Of a stretch of 64,000 nt of DNA, positions 51,286-64,000 are shown piece by piece. Source of the DNA: Octopus sinensis (lineage: Eukaryota); assembly GCF_006345805.1 (NCBI RefSeq), contig NC_043000.1, forward strand, positions 39,432,001-39,496,000, given 5' to 3'. The position numbers and the translations under genes are program-made. The notes beneath the pieces were generated by a model that worked only from the letters and a program-made list of their open reading frames with translations, was not told the DNA's origin and searched no databases. Position 1 is the stretch's first letter, and each line of letters opens with the position of its first letter.

Positions 51286-51909
51286 AATGTTTCTTTGTGC
51301 GTGTGTGTGTGTGTTAGTATTTATTCAATTGTGTTTAGAGTATATATTGAAGTATGTTTATTATCCATTTTTCCATTTCTACGTGTACATGTGTACGTGT
51401 GTGCGCGCGCGTATGTGTGCGTATCTCCGTTTCTTTCCCCGACGCTGTCTGTGCTGGTCTAGATTTGTAGATCTGTATTATTCTTTTCTATTCTTTGAAA
51501 AATGTCTAATCGGAACTCGTTACACGTTTGTCAAAACGTTTCAATTCTTCTAAGCAAACGAAACGACTGTAATGCAGAATAAATAACACCGGCAGTAGAA
51601 ATCATATCATAGCAGACTTGGAGTCTTGGCAGCGCTTCAGCTGGCCACTTCTGTCGAACCGTCTAACGCATGCCGGCATGGAAAGCTGATGTTAAATTAT
51701 GAAGATGATGATGAGGTAGAGTATACTGGACGATATTAGCTAAAGTAATAATGAATGAAATGGATTATTTTTCAAACGACGAACATATATTACATGTAGG
51801 ATGTGTCAGCGTCAACAATCATTGCCATAAAACGACATAAAAACCTGATGCAAAAGTTGGAATTCGCTTCATATTGCCTCGCATGAATTTAATTTTAAAT
51901 GACACCTAC

Positions 51910-51960
51910 CTTCACTTGATTCTGGTCTGGAATCAGCATCATATAATGTTATGCTAGGCC
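51910..51960 (-). CDS. 51-nt phase-1 micro-exon 3: GPSITLYDADSRPESSE
   Basis: Acceptor ...CTGTCTTATTTATTGTTAG|, donor AAG|GTAGGT. Only the phase-1 frame is open. Confidence 0.8.
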
Positions 51961-52269
51961 CTAACAATAAATAAGACAGGGACAGACATTTAACAAATAT
52001 TAAACAATGAACATTTAGTCAATATTTATAATAAAGGTTATAATAACATGAATGTTTTAACATGCAATTTTAACCAACATTCAGAAAGTTAATGAAACTT
52101 TTTAAAAAATGAAGAAAATCTACATTTTGAAATGGCTGGCGAGTATAAAAATTATAGTTAAGGCTTGATTCAGCTCGACTCAACTTTTGTTCTGTCAAGC
52201 ACTAAAAGGTTTTCACCAATAGTTTTTATCGTTTAATTCATCCATTATTTTCTTAACCCTTGAAGAAAT

Positions 52270-53750
52270 CATATTGCCAAATGTGTTACGAGGAGGTCAA
52301 TAAGGAATGCATGATTAAATGTCAAGATATCAAATGAATCTTTTTCAAAAGTATTGACTCTATTTAACACCTTAACCTTCTTCATATTCCATAGCCTTGT
52401 TATTTCGTACTTAAGAGCGTAGTATCTCTCTCTGTTTTCGCCTTCCTTTTTGACAATTCCCAAGTCGAAGGAGCATGTAACATCAACTATATAGCATATA
52501 AGGTTCACTTTGTCCACTAACACCAGGTCCAGTCTGTTAAGCTCTAGCACCTGAACTATTTGGATTGGGGCATCCCAGAGGATTTTACTAGTCTCAGACA
52601 CCTCCACGCTCCCCGTTATGTGCTCATTCCACATCGTGCCTCTCTCTAGTACCCACTTTTCGCACAGTTTCCAATGTAACACGTTCAGTACCTGATTGTG
52701 TGGCTACAACTGGTAATGTTTTGGGGCAGGTCTAGGGTATTCTTTTGTGATATGGGCAACGGTTTCATCGACTCTTTTACAGATTTCTCATTCCTAACGT
52801 TGACCCTGCGTTTCCTGGCCAAATCTTGGTCTTGCACAGCTAGTATAGTGCTCTCTGTCTCTTTTATTAGTGTTCCTTTCATCAGTCAATCCCACCTATT
52901 TATTCCAGCAAATTCTGTTATGGTTAGATGGAATTCATTGTGTAGGCCCTTGTTGCTTAATTCTTCATATCCTTTTTGTAGTTCCTCCTTTATTTCCCTT
53001 TTTGCTCTGCTCTCAATACTCCCTCATCCTTAATTCTCATTAGCAAGATTTCCTTTCTTTCGGTGAGGTATCTCATTAAGCTCTCGACTTCGATAAGCAC
53101 TCAGTCTTCCACACTTATCAATCCGCTTCCTCCATTTGCTCTCTTCATGTATTGGCGATCAGTGTCCACACATGGAGGATGGGCTCCATGCAACGTTAGG
53201 GGCTTTCTAGACTTCATGTTAATCACCTTTAGCTTCTCCTCTGTCACAGGGTACGATCATGTCAATCTATTTACAGACTATATTGTTTTGGTCTTTCACA
53301 ACAATATCTGGTTTATTTGCTTTGAGGGTCTGATCTGTACTACTGCAAAGACCAAAAGAATAGTTATATTTTCTGGCTCATTTACAGCCACAGGGTTGTG
53401 CTTATACCATTTGTCAAGTTTTAAGTTTATAGTGCCAACACATTATCCAATGTAGATATTGACCAACCCTGTCATTTCCTGATTTGTACACTACAGGTGC
53501 AAAAACTTTACATCCAGATATTAGCTGGTCCACTGTATCAATCTCACCTTTAGCCCTGATCTCTGTAGACACGAATAGTTGTGATTCTGGTTTACATCAG
53601 CTTGTTTGCTACGGGCCACATATTTGCCATGCTGAAGTTTTTCTTCCCACCCATCAGCCAATTGTTCAAACGCATTTGACTTTGCTATTGATTTCACCTT
53701 CTTTGCAACTACAGCTTCCGCGCTTCCATCATGCTGTTCAACCTGATTAT
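52270..53750 (-). mobile_element. Decayed R4-like RLE retrotransposon 3' fragment
   Basis: LHWKLCEKW...KILWDAPIQIVQVLELNRLDLVLVD...IVDVTCSFD, and GTLIKETESTILAVQDQDL. Confidence 0.8.
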
Positions 53751-54452
53751 TATGCATAGACTCACTAATATTATTATCATCATTATTTTTATTATACACA
53801 CAACAGATTAGGCTCTTGCAAAAGTAGGATTTCCGATATCGGGCTACAACATGACAAATATTCACCTGTCACGTTTCTTTCCATAAATCAGACAGTCCTC
53901 CAGACAGAACGGAGGCTGAGCTTTCAGATATTTTCTTATCATGTTTTAAGAATAACCCAATACGATTACCATTAATTCCGAGAAATTCTCACGTACAAGC
54001 AAGCATTGCTAGCAATAAGATTCAACGCAATGCATAGTAACGACGCAGTACTTTTCCTAATAATGACATGGGAACGAATCTCCTCACAGCATCCGGACCA
54101 CAGACAGATATCCAGTGATTGTGCATTTATTTAATGCTTGTCTGTGGCTCGTACGCGGCTGCCTAGTGTTAACCTGGCTTGCTTTATCAGTATAAAAGAA
54201 GAACCAAAGAAATCACTCATTGATTTCATAAATGATATACAATGTGAAAATTATAAATAATAAAGGTGGCTTATTCGCAAATTTGCAAAAAAAAAGCAGA
54301 ACAGTAGACCCGATAAAGTGACTAAGGGTCCAACATGTAGGATTTGTCATCCTCCACAATCATTGTATTAAAGCCACTTAAGAAACTCATCCAACATTTA
54401 TGCAATGCGCTTAATGTTTCCTCACAAGAAATTATCTTAAAGTGATTCCTAC

Positions 54453-54500
54453 CTTCATAGTTTACCGGAACATATCCATGCTTGAGTACTTGACCATTCT
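54453..54500 (-). CDS. 48-nt phase-1 micro-exon 2: ENGQVLKHGYVPVNYE
   Basis: Acceptor ...CTGTCTTATTTGTTTCTAG|, donor AAG|GTAGGA. Only the phase-1 frame is open. Confidence 0.8.
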
Positions 54501-54578
54501 CTAGAAACAAATAAGACAGGGACAGACATTAAAGAAAATTATGAATAATTCAAATTTAATCAATATATATAGATATAT

Positions 54579-54666
<88 letters not shown>

Positions 54667-56713
54667 ATATATATAACGTGCTATAATACAATGTATATCT
54701 ATACATATAAATTGGACATGGGCGATTCTTTCCTGTATATTTTCTTGTCTTGGGATTCACGGTCAAACAGCTGGATGGAATTGCGCGAAAAATTAATGTG
54801 TAGAATGAGCCGGTGGTGTTGCTTGGCTTTGTGTTTCTTCCGTAGCTCCCATGGTTACCGAGATAATTGTATCTATATGCTTGGCTTTTCTTATCATTTT
54901 ATCCCGCAATGGTAAATATTTTATCGGAGACAACTCTGAAAATATTTTATCTTATTATTTCCCTTAATTTTGGTATTCGCTCTTCTCCATTGTATTTATT
55001 TAAATCTGATCGAACAGATTAAGTTTTTATCTTTTCAAAAATAATTAGTAGTTATCGATCAGCAATCACTCTTATTTATCGTTTTCACTGCACTCACCGT
55101 TCTTTTACAAAAAATGACGTGATGCAATGCTGCTTTATAAGGATAATATGAACACGCTACTCCACACACACACAGACTATTACATACACACACACACATA
55201 AATATATGTTCACGCATACTGAGAAACGTATGCGCGCGTTCACACATACATACATACATGCACACACATGATTATATACCCATACGCAAGCATATGGATG
55301 TACGCTTGCGCACCTTCACCTTAAACATTCTACAGTACATCCAAGTGCACCCCAATTATTAGGAGACCCCCATTTAATAGGGAAGCCTCACATACTGACA
55401 TACCACATCTGGTATTTGTTCATGGAAGAATTCAATCTTGTCCGTGTCTGTTTAACTACAACGTTTCCTGCTCCGCTGAACTAAATATAGAGGCCAGCGG
55501 AAAACCCCAAAACTTCCTGAGCTTCTAAGGAATCCTTATAAGGAGCGCAAATCCACACAGGCATACACTTTATAATTGTAAGTAAGTATGCATGAGAGTG
55601 CAAGCAGCTTACAATAATGAACTTTTACTTATTATCTTTTTGTTGTTTTTGCTTTTTGAAAATTTCATTTATTTCTTTCAATTTTTGTTTAATTTTTTGA
55701 TTTTTATTGAATCTTGGTTGTATTGTTTTTTTTTGTTTTTTTTTTTTGTTGGTTAGTTATTTTTAGCGTTTTGACAGAAAAATGTCATTCTAAAATTGTT
55801 TTTTAACGTAAGCGTGCCCAAGCAAGTCGAATGCTTACACAGAGCGGGTTTTACAGCCACATCATCCAATCTGCTAGTTTTAACATAAAGTACATACAAA
55901 TCAATCTGAGAAAGTTAATAGAAATTATTCATGGTTTTTTTTCTACTGCGCGGCGAAGTCAGGTAATTATTGTCGAGGCTCGTTTGTGACCGACTCAACA
56001 TTTATTTGGGTCAAGGACGTTTACTGCTTGAAAATTAAATTAAATTAATAATTGTTTTCTCAAATTCTAAAGACATCATATTTGCCAATAAGCAATACCT
56101 TATTAAATGGCAGGATATCAAACGAATCTTTCTCGAACGCGTTGCTTATATTGAATATTCTAGCGTCAGGTTCCAAATAAACTGTCTTATACCCGTCTAA
56201 TGCCCGTCGGTCCGGCTAGTCTTATAAAATTATGATTCAATGTGAAAATATTTCATTATTGTTGTTGTCGCTGTTGTTGTTGCCTTTGCACAGCTTCTAA
56301 CGCTAGAGGTATACTACGGTGTTAGCTGTTCACTACCAGTGAACTAAGATAACACCTCTTATTTTTCGAGCACCTTCCGGAGTATTCGAGCGGTTCCAAG
56401 CAGTGCTGTTTTCTGCAAGTGCTCCACCCTTATTGCAGCCCCTGTATGCATAAATATAGCACACATGTGAACGTGTAAGCGTGTTGTCTATCAGATGTGA
56501 CACATTGCCGGTTACAATACACATAGGCATTCTTTTAGCCTACACATGATGTCACGCCCGATGGCTAAGTGAGCCCCTGACAGAAAGTGGGGGCTGGTAG
56601 AATGTAGGACTGAAAAACACAGCGTGCTGCCCAATCTGGGAATCAGAACGTAGATCTAGCGATAGTGAGTGCAAAACTTAAGCATTTGGCCACGCTCCTT
56701 TACAAAAGAATAG

Positions 56714-56756
<43 letters not shown>

Positions 56757-56879
56757 TGTGTGTGTCTGTGTGTGATTATGTTTGAGTATGTATACATACA
56801 TACATACATGAATACATTCATATATATATGCACATACATACGTATATATATAAATACATATGTGTGTGTGAGCATATGA

Positions 56880-56932
<53 letters not shown>

Positions 56933-57329
56933 TATAAAAAGTAAAAGTAAAAGTAAAAGAATCAAAAAGAAGAGTAAGTCCAGTTAGGCAGCTTTTTAAT
57001 CCCTACTAATATATCGATACATACAGATGTTCGTATATGCAGTATTTAAAGTTACATTTAAATAACTTTTTGTAACGATTTACCTGTATAAGAAGATCTA
57101 TATGTATCTCCTCAGGCGATACTCAGTTGGTGTCCCCATTAAGTAATTCTAGATTTCCATGCTACAGCATCCATTATGACTAGAATTGCTAGCATATCAT
57201 ACGAATACTACCGGCTATTTTGGGAATTCTAAGGGTGAACGAGCTCTATTTGTACTCGTATACGTTCTTAATAGAACACACCTCAACTGACTATATATGA
57301 ATATATATACTTATATATATTGATAAAAC

Positions 57330-58430
57330 GGTAAGATAACAAAAGAAAGAAAGAGACCTCAATATTATGTAAATAGAGGAAATTTATCTATACAATAATA
57401 TGTTACTTTACTCGGTAGTCAAGATAAAACTCTGAGTTTCAGATGCCGAAGTGGAAATCCACAACACCATCTCTTCGGTTATCTGGCTATTTGAAAACGC
57501 TATGAAAAAATACCGTTAAATAAAGGGAAATTACTGTGTTATAACTCTGCTTGCCTGCGTACTTATACATCGCTCGCATTTTTCGTCATAAAAATTATAT
57601 AAAAATACATAAAAAATATATAAAAATATATAAAAATATATAAATTCTTCTTGGGACATAACATAGAAAGCATGTTCTATCTGTTTTCTTTAGGGGACCA
57701 AAAACGTAACAGAAATTTAGTCACATGTGGGCATGATCCGAAAAGCTCTGTCCTTGTATTTAGACATGTAGTAGGGTCTAAGCTGCTTTTCCAGATAAGC
57801 CATCTCTCCATGTCGCATAGACCGCACCTCCGCTGCCGTTGGTATAGGGCTTACATCTGGCCAAAATCTTCCATTGTATGTTATAATCGACACCTTTATC
57901 TCTTAAAGACCAAATATGATTAGATAATTGTGTCGCTTTTCTTTTGTTCCAGTGCCTAAAGCTCAAAGTGTGGTTATTGAACCTGGCCTTGAAATTACCC
58001 TCTGTAAGGCCCACGTATTTCTTCGTCGAAACGGTGTCTTTAGTGGTTATAGAGTTTGGCCAGATGTAAGCCCTATACCAACGGCAGCGGAAGGTGCGGT
58101 CTATGCGACATGGAGAGATGGCTTATCTGGAAAAGCAGCTTAGACCCTACTACATGTCTAAATACAAGGACAGAGCTTTTCGGATCATGCCCACATGTGA
58201 CTAAATTTCTGTTACGTTTTTGGTCCCCTAAAGAAAACAGATAGAACATGCTTTCTATGTTATGTCCCAAGAAGAATTTATATATTTTTATATATTTTTT
58301 ATGTATTTTTATATAATTTTTATGACGAAAAATGCGAGCGATGTATAAGTACGCAGGCAAGCACGCAGGCAAGCAGAGTTATAAGACAGTAATTTCCCTT
58401 TATTTAACGGTATTTTTTCATAGCGTTTAC
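57330..58430 (-). mobile_element. 5'-truncated Penelope-like element with inverted partial pseudo-LTR
   Basis: Minus strand 58050->57650 encodes KYVGLTEGNFKARFNNH...QLSNHIWSL...CGLCDMER...SCPH (GIY-YIG). The segment 58056-58430 is an inverted copy of ~57490-57860. Confidence 0.88.
57422..57484 (-). ncRNA. Degenerate type I hammerhead-like motif in the PLE 3' region
   Basis: Stem I AGAUAA/UUAUCU, core CCGAAGA (U4 replaced by C), stem II GAUG...CAUC plus one extra U, GAAA, palindrome-like helix III AACUC-A-GAGUU. Confidence 0.5.
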
Positions 58431-58689
58431 TTATATATATATATACATACACGCACACACACACACAGACACACACACACACACATATATATATATGTAC
58501 ACACGATGGAGTGGACAGACGAACGAAGGGCACTCAACCAATATATTGGGAGTTACATGAATGGATCAAAAGAGTTTGATTCAAATTCGTTGGTAATCTT
58601 GAAATTCAAGCGTGATCCTAGTCGTCAACCATTTTGAATTTGAATGACAGAAGTTGATTGTTATTAACGATTAAGAGTATGAAGACAGG

Positions 58690-60290
58690 GTAAGCCCCCG
58701 GTCCATCAGTAATTACTGCAGAGATGCTCAAAATATCTGGCAGTGTCGGCTATAGCCTAGTCACACGTAAAGTTAACCAGGTGATACACGAAGGAGTCAT
58801 ACCCAATGACTGGTGTAGCAGTATAATAGTCAACTGCTACAAAGGTAAAGGTGATGCTTTAGATACAAATAATTACAGTGGTATCAAGCTGTTGGATCAG
58901 GTAATGAAGGTTACGGAGACGGCCATAGCCCAACTAATTAGGGAGAGAGTCAGATTGGATGAGATGCAGTTTGGTTTCGTGTCAGGGAAAAACACCACTG
59001 ATGCTATATTCCTGGTAAGACAGCTGCAGGAAAAATACCATGCCAAAGATAAGCCCCTGTACCGGGCTTTCGTTGACATGGAGGAAGCCTTTGACAGGGT
59101 CCCCCGATCCATTATCTGGTGATCATTGAGAAAACTAGGGATAGCGAATGGTTAGTGAGAGGCGTGCAAGCCATGTACAGGGACGCTGTCACTAAGGTGA
59201 GGGTTGGCAACGAGTACACTGAAGAATTCAGGGTAGAGGTAGGGTTCCACCAGGGTTCAGTCCTCAGCCCCCTCCTATTTATCATAGTCCTCCAGCAATA
59301 ACGGAGGAATTTAAGACAGGATGCCCCTGGGACTTCCTTTATGCTGATGACCCTGTTCTAATTGCTGAGTCACTATCAGAACTACAGGAAAAGTTTCAGG
59401 TGTGGAAACAAGGATTAGAATCGAAGGGCCTTAGAGTCAACCTAGCTAAGACCAAAGTCCTAATAAGTAGGAAGGCAGGCAAACCACAAATCTCTTCAGG
59501 TAGATGGCCCTGCTCGATCTGTAGTAGAGGCGTAGGTAGAAACTCTATAAGATGTACCCAGTGTAAGCTATGGACACATAAGTGGTGCAGTAATATCAAA
59601 GGAAGGCTAACGGGGAAGATAGTTTTGTATGTGGCAGATGCTCGGGAGCAATAAGCACTGAAAATGTGCAGAGAACAACTGCCACATTCCAGGGAGGTAA
59701 ACTAGAAGTAGTTGATAGCTTCCGTTACCTAGGTGACCAGGTCAGTAGCGGGGGAGGGTGTGCTGAAAGTGTAGCTGCTAGAATAAAAATAGCTTGGGCA
59801 AAGTTCAGTGAGCTCTTACCCCTGCTGGTGACAAAGGGCCTCTCGCTCAGAGTAAAAGGTAGACTGTATGACGCTTGTGTACGAACAGCCATGCTACATG
59901 GCAGTGAAACATGGGCTGTGACTGCTGAGGACATGCATAAGCTCGCAAGGAATGAAGCCAGTATGATCCGATGGATGTGTAATGTCAGTGTGCATACTCG
60001 ACAGAGTGTGAGTACCATGGGAGAAATGTTGGACCTAAGAAGCATCAGATGTGGTGTGCAAGAGAGACGACTACGCTGGTATGGTCATGTGGCGAGAATG
60101 GATGAGGATAGATGTGTGAAAAAGTGCCACACCCTAGCGGTTGAGTGAACCTGTGGAAGAAGTAGACCCTGGAAGACCTGGGATGAAGTGGTGAAGCACG
60201 ACCTTCGAAATTTAGACCTCACTAAAGAAATGACTAGTGACCGAGACTTTTGGAAATATGCTGTTCGTGAGAAGACCCGGCAAGCCAAAT
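58690..60290 (+). mobile_element. 5'-truncated RTE-clade LINE (RT and C-terminus) with stops
   Basis: IPNDWCSSIIVNCYKGKGDAL..NYSGIKLL, AFVDMEEAFDRVPR, GFHQGSVLSPLLF, LYADD, FRYLGDQV, ERRLRWYGHVARM. Confidence 0.92.
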
Positions 60291-60429
60291 GAGACCATAA
60301 TCTCGTGGCCTATGCCAGGAGCGTAACCAGCCCACTTATTCGTAACTTTTCCTTCTTTGGACACCAAAACTCTGCTTGCGAATACCTGTTGAGGCAAGTG
60401 AAATTAAAATCAAAATCAAATTCGATGAC

Positions 60430-60965
60430 TGGCGTCCGTGCTAGCGGGGTGCAAAGAGCACCATACGAGTGTGATCATTGACAGAGCGGCTAACCGGCTT
60501 CCGTGCAAGTGGCACTTAAAAGGCACCATTCGAATGTGATCGTTACCAGCGTCGCCTTACTGGTACTCGAGTCCCGTGCTAGTAGAGTATTAAGAGCACC
60601 ATCCGAGCGTGATCGTTGCCAGAGTGGCTACCTGGCCTCCATGCCGGTGGCACGTAAAAGACACCATTTGAGTATGATCGTTACCAGCATCGCCTTACTG
60701 GCCCCTGTGTCGGTGGCATGTGTAAAAGATTCGAGCGAGGTCGTTGCCAGTACCGCCTGACTGGTCCCGTGCCGGTGGCACATAAAAGCACCCACTACAC
60801 CCTCGGAGTGGTTGGTGTTAGGAAGGGCATCCAGCTGTAGAAACTCTGCCACATCAAGATTGAAGCCTGGTGCAGCCATCTGGTTCGCCAGCCCTTAGTC
60901 AAATCTTCCAACCCATGCTAGCATGGAAAGCGGGCGTTAAACGATAATGATTATGATGATGATGA
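60430..60965 (+). repeat. Repeat tail with ~65-70-bp internal subrepeats ending in (GAT)n
   Basis: GCACCAT.CGAG.GTGATCGTT.CCAG occurs 4-5 times, followed by GGAAGGGCATCCAGCTGTAGAAAC...CCCATGCTAGCATGGAAAGCG. The same tail occurs at ~3375-3550. Confidence 0.75.
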
Positions 60966-61589
60966 TGTACGTTGGGCTGAGATTCGTCGAGGAAGGTCAC
61001 ACGATATCGTGGTTTGATATTGGTGTATGGGTAAAAGTTAGTTGGAAAATATCACATGAAGAACAGGAAATTGACCACGTGGAGTGCAGGAAATAGACGA
61101 TGTGATGATTAGAAATCGGTTTGGATATTGGGGTGTAAGTAGAAGGGGGTGGGGGTGAATATGCAAGTATATAGTTCTATATGTGGATGTGTAGACAGTC
61201 TCATATAACTTTGCGTGCATCTGTATATCGATGCGAATGAGCGTATCTATACATGGGAGCTAACGCACAAGTTTGCACACGCACACAAACACACACGCTT
61301 GGACGAACATGCAGGCGCACGTAAACACACATACACACATATAGGTAAACATGCACACATGCATGCGAATGCATATGTACATATGAATGAATACTCATGT
61401 GTGTATATGGGCGTATGCGCGTGTATGTGTGTTTGTGTGTGTGCTCGCGTTTCTCCAAGCAAGTGTGTGTATATTTGTGTGTGTGTGTGTGTGTGTGTGA
61501 GAGAGTGAGTGTCTGTGTGTATTTGTGTGTGAGTCTGTGGGCGCCCATGTACATGAGCGCACATAAAGTTTGCTAAAAGTGACACCTAC

Positions 61590-61640
61590 CTTTATTTTGC
61601 ATCATATCGTGCGTAAACAGTTTTGGTGTTTCCCCAGTCT
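61590..61640 (-). CDS. 51-nt phase-1 micro-exon 1: (E)TGETPKLFTHDMMQNK
   Basis: Acceptor ...CTGTCTTATTTTTTCTCAG|, donor AAG|GTAGGT. Only the phase-1 frame is open. Confidence 0.78.
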
Positions 61641-61975
61641 CTGAGAAAAAAATAAGACAGTGAAAGGCATTTAAGTAAATTATAAATTAATAACATTTAA
61701 TGAAAATATACAATAAATGTTCTAATACAATGAATATTTTATCATAAACATTCAGAAATTTAATGAAAATTTATAAAATTGGAAAAATTCGATTTTTCTA
61801 ATGCGCGTCGAGGTTTATTAGTCAAGGGTCGTCTTAGCTCAACTCTACATCTTGTTCGATGAAGCACATCTAGTGCTTGACTAATAAGTTTTTTAATTTT
61901 TAATTCAATGATTGTGTCTTTAGACTATAAAGCACATCATATTTGCCAAACGTGTTACAATGAGGTCAATAAGCA

Positions 61976-62020
<45 letters not shown>

Positions 62021-62188
62021 ATTTAATTTATATTAAAATTGTTTTATGTATTGGATTAAGTCTTTCTTTGTTTGATTTGCAAAATAGTGGTTTTGTCTCT
62101 AATTAATATTATATAATATTTTACTATAAAATTGGATTCAATCCTAAATCTGATTTTCCCTGTAAATTTGGATTTATTCCCTAATATT

Positions 62189-62240
<52 letters not shown>

Positions 62241-62269
62241 ATTATATGTATATATATATATGCCATTTA

Positions 62270-63230
62270 GGAGTTTGTTTATTCCGGTAACATAAAATTC
62301 TGAAGTACTGAATTTGATGAACTCTTTGAACGAACTTTCAGCATCGGTTTGATTTTTAAACTCCGTCTCTCGCAGAAAACCACCAAGGTGCTTGAAAATG
62401 TGCTAGTTTGTAGGAGAAAGGCCAGGGGAATAAGCCGGGTGAGGAAGAACTTCATAGACAAATTCCCTCAACTTCTGGAGAGTTATTACTGAAACGTGTG
62501 GTCGAACATTGTCATGAAGCATGATTAGCCCTCTTGTGTTGACCAGTCTGGGACGGAGGAGTAGTAGATTTTTGTTCATTCTACCAATGTCAATGTTTTT
62601 GCAGCAATGTTTTTTCCAGTTTTAAATAAGTTATAGTGGTTGAGTCCAGTAGTACACCAACAAAAAATCACCATAACCTTCTTTTTAAAGAACTTAGGTT
62701 TAGGGAAGTTTTTCGATGCTTCATTTTGGTGCGAAGTTCGTTCTTTTTATTATTAGTGTACACAATCCACTTTTCATCGCAGGATACAATACGGTCGAGA
62801 AATGCATCGGTCTAGTTACGGAGAAGAAGCGATGAACAAATTTTCTGATTTCAATTGAAATCGTAGGGTACCCATTTGTCGAAATGTTTTGAATTTCCGA
62901 TCGCTGGCAGTTTGCTGGCAAACTTGAAATTTATTTACCAGTTCTCGAATGATTTTATGTGGATCTTCCTCAATGACGGGTTTTAATTAAACGTCATCGA
63001 TGATACATGGGCGTCCACTACACTCATGTTCTATAGGTCTCAGGGCTTCACTGCGAAATCGTTAAAACCAATTTCGAGATGACCACTCACTGATCATTTC
63101 TTCACCAAACATTTCGTTGATATCGCGAGCAGTTTCAGCTGATATACATCCATTTTTGAATTTGAATAGTAAAATTGTTCGAATATCGCGCTTTGACATT
63201 TCCATTTCAGATGATTGCAACAGCGGTGAA
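62270..63230 (-). pseudogene. Decayed mariner transposase
   Basis: FGEEMISEWSSRNWF*RFRS...SGRP...IEEDPH near the N-terminus, and HDNVRPH...LQKLREFVYEVLPHPAYSPGLSP...HIFKHL near the C-terminus. Confidence 0.85.
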
Positions 63231-63759
63231 AAAATATTGATATTAATCTATCGATGCATCTGGGAAAGCCTAAGTCTGTATCATCAGACAATTGCCAAAA
63301 CTTGTTTTAATAAATCAAAAAACCTACAAAATAATGCTTACTTTATAATGCATATATATATATATATCTGTACAGTGGCCAGAATGAGTTTAAGACCGAT
63401 GAAGACAGATCTATTCCTTAATTTATTTTCAACAAAACTGTATAAAATTATTTTACTTTTTACAGCTTATGTAGGATTTCTTTCTCTTTCCAATGATATA
63501 GACGTTATAAATCTTTCTACAATGAACTAATTTTAATACGCAATTAATTCAAATGATTAAAAATTGTTAGCAAAATAAATTTATGACCGTATCAACATTA
63601 TTTTGTGTAAATTGAAAATTTACAGCACAAATGATCAATGAACAACAACTTAGTAGTATCTAGTTCCACAGCCATTATTTTCAATTACTGCCTCACAACG
63701 GCGGGCCATGGAGTTCGACAAGTGAGTATAAAAATCACTCGGAATGTTCTGCTATATTT

Positions 63760-64000
63760 CTTCAAGAAAATTATATAATTGGGACAAATTTGTTGGTGTT
63801 TTTCGCAAAAACTCTAAGAAACATTAGTTCTATAAACTTTCTATCGGATTCAAATCTAGGCTCTGCGCAGGCCACTCAATAACTTCCATATTATTGCTGT
63901 CGAAATATTGCAAAATGTTCTTAACGGGGCAATTTTCCTGCTGGAAATTCGATCCAGGTGGCATCTTATTATTTGAATATTGCAGCAACTTTCCATTTAC
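63760..64000 (-). pseudogene. Tc1-like transposase C-terminal fragment, running off the window
   Basis: FQQENCP...MEVIEWPAQSLDLNPIESL resembles the Tc1 motif FQQDNAP..WPAQSPDLNPIENLW. Confidence 0.8.

Noticed and set aside
57650-58070. Selenoprotein or SECIS signature, as in Naiad-type Penelope elements
   Set aside because: There is no in-frame UGA at Cys-equivalent positions in the visible fragment, and I could not recognise a SECIS.
60430-60790. Regularly spaced GTGATCGTT.CCAG repeats that look CRISPR-like
   Set aside because: The 'spacers' are themselves homologous, the context is a eukaryotic retroelement tail, and there are no cas genes.

Overview
This is eukaryotic, repeat-dense DNA. 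The SINE, RTE, R4/Dong and Penelope content plus abundant AC/AT/ATT/GTT microsatellites suggest an octopus-like (coleoid cephalopod) genome; that assignment is inference. There are no prokaryotic features, and most of the supplied ORFs are microsatellite or antisense artefacts. Two systems stand out. (1) At 9.4-16.5 kb, two different Tx1-clade (L1-like) elements sit head-to-tail: an ORF1-only element and a near-complete ORF1+ORF2 element. The 15-mer TCCAATCGAAAACCG occurs three times, flanking and separating them. Removing both elements rebuilds a repeat carrying a minimal type I hammerhead ribozyme, and an uninterrupted paralogue of that repeat lies at 5.75-5.95 kb. This points to Tx1 families that target a hammerhead-bearing (Penelope-type) repeat. 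(2) At 25.7-61.6 kb on the minus strand there is a cryptic gene segment of nine 48-51 nt symmetric phase-1 micro-exons, all with AG|GTAGG donors. Each lies in a paralogous intron cassette. Six are recent copies from a ~3.3-3.4 kb tandem amplification, and the older exons have diverged far more than their flanking introns. The rest is R4/Dong-like elements at (TAA)n, RTE and Penelope fragments, SINEs, a 414-bp hairpin, and mariner/Tc1 relics. Frequent 1-bp indels suggest some frameshifts are long-read errors. All alignments and counts were done by eye.
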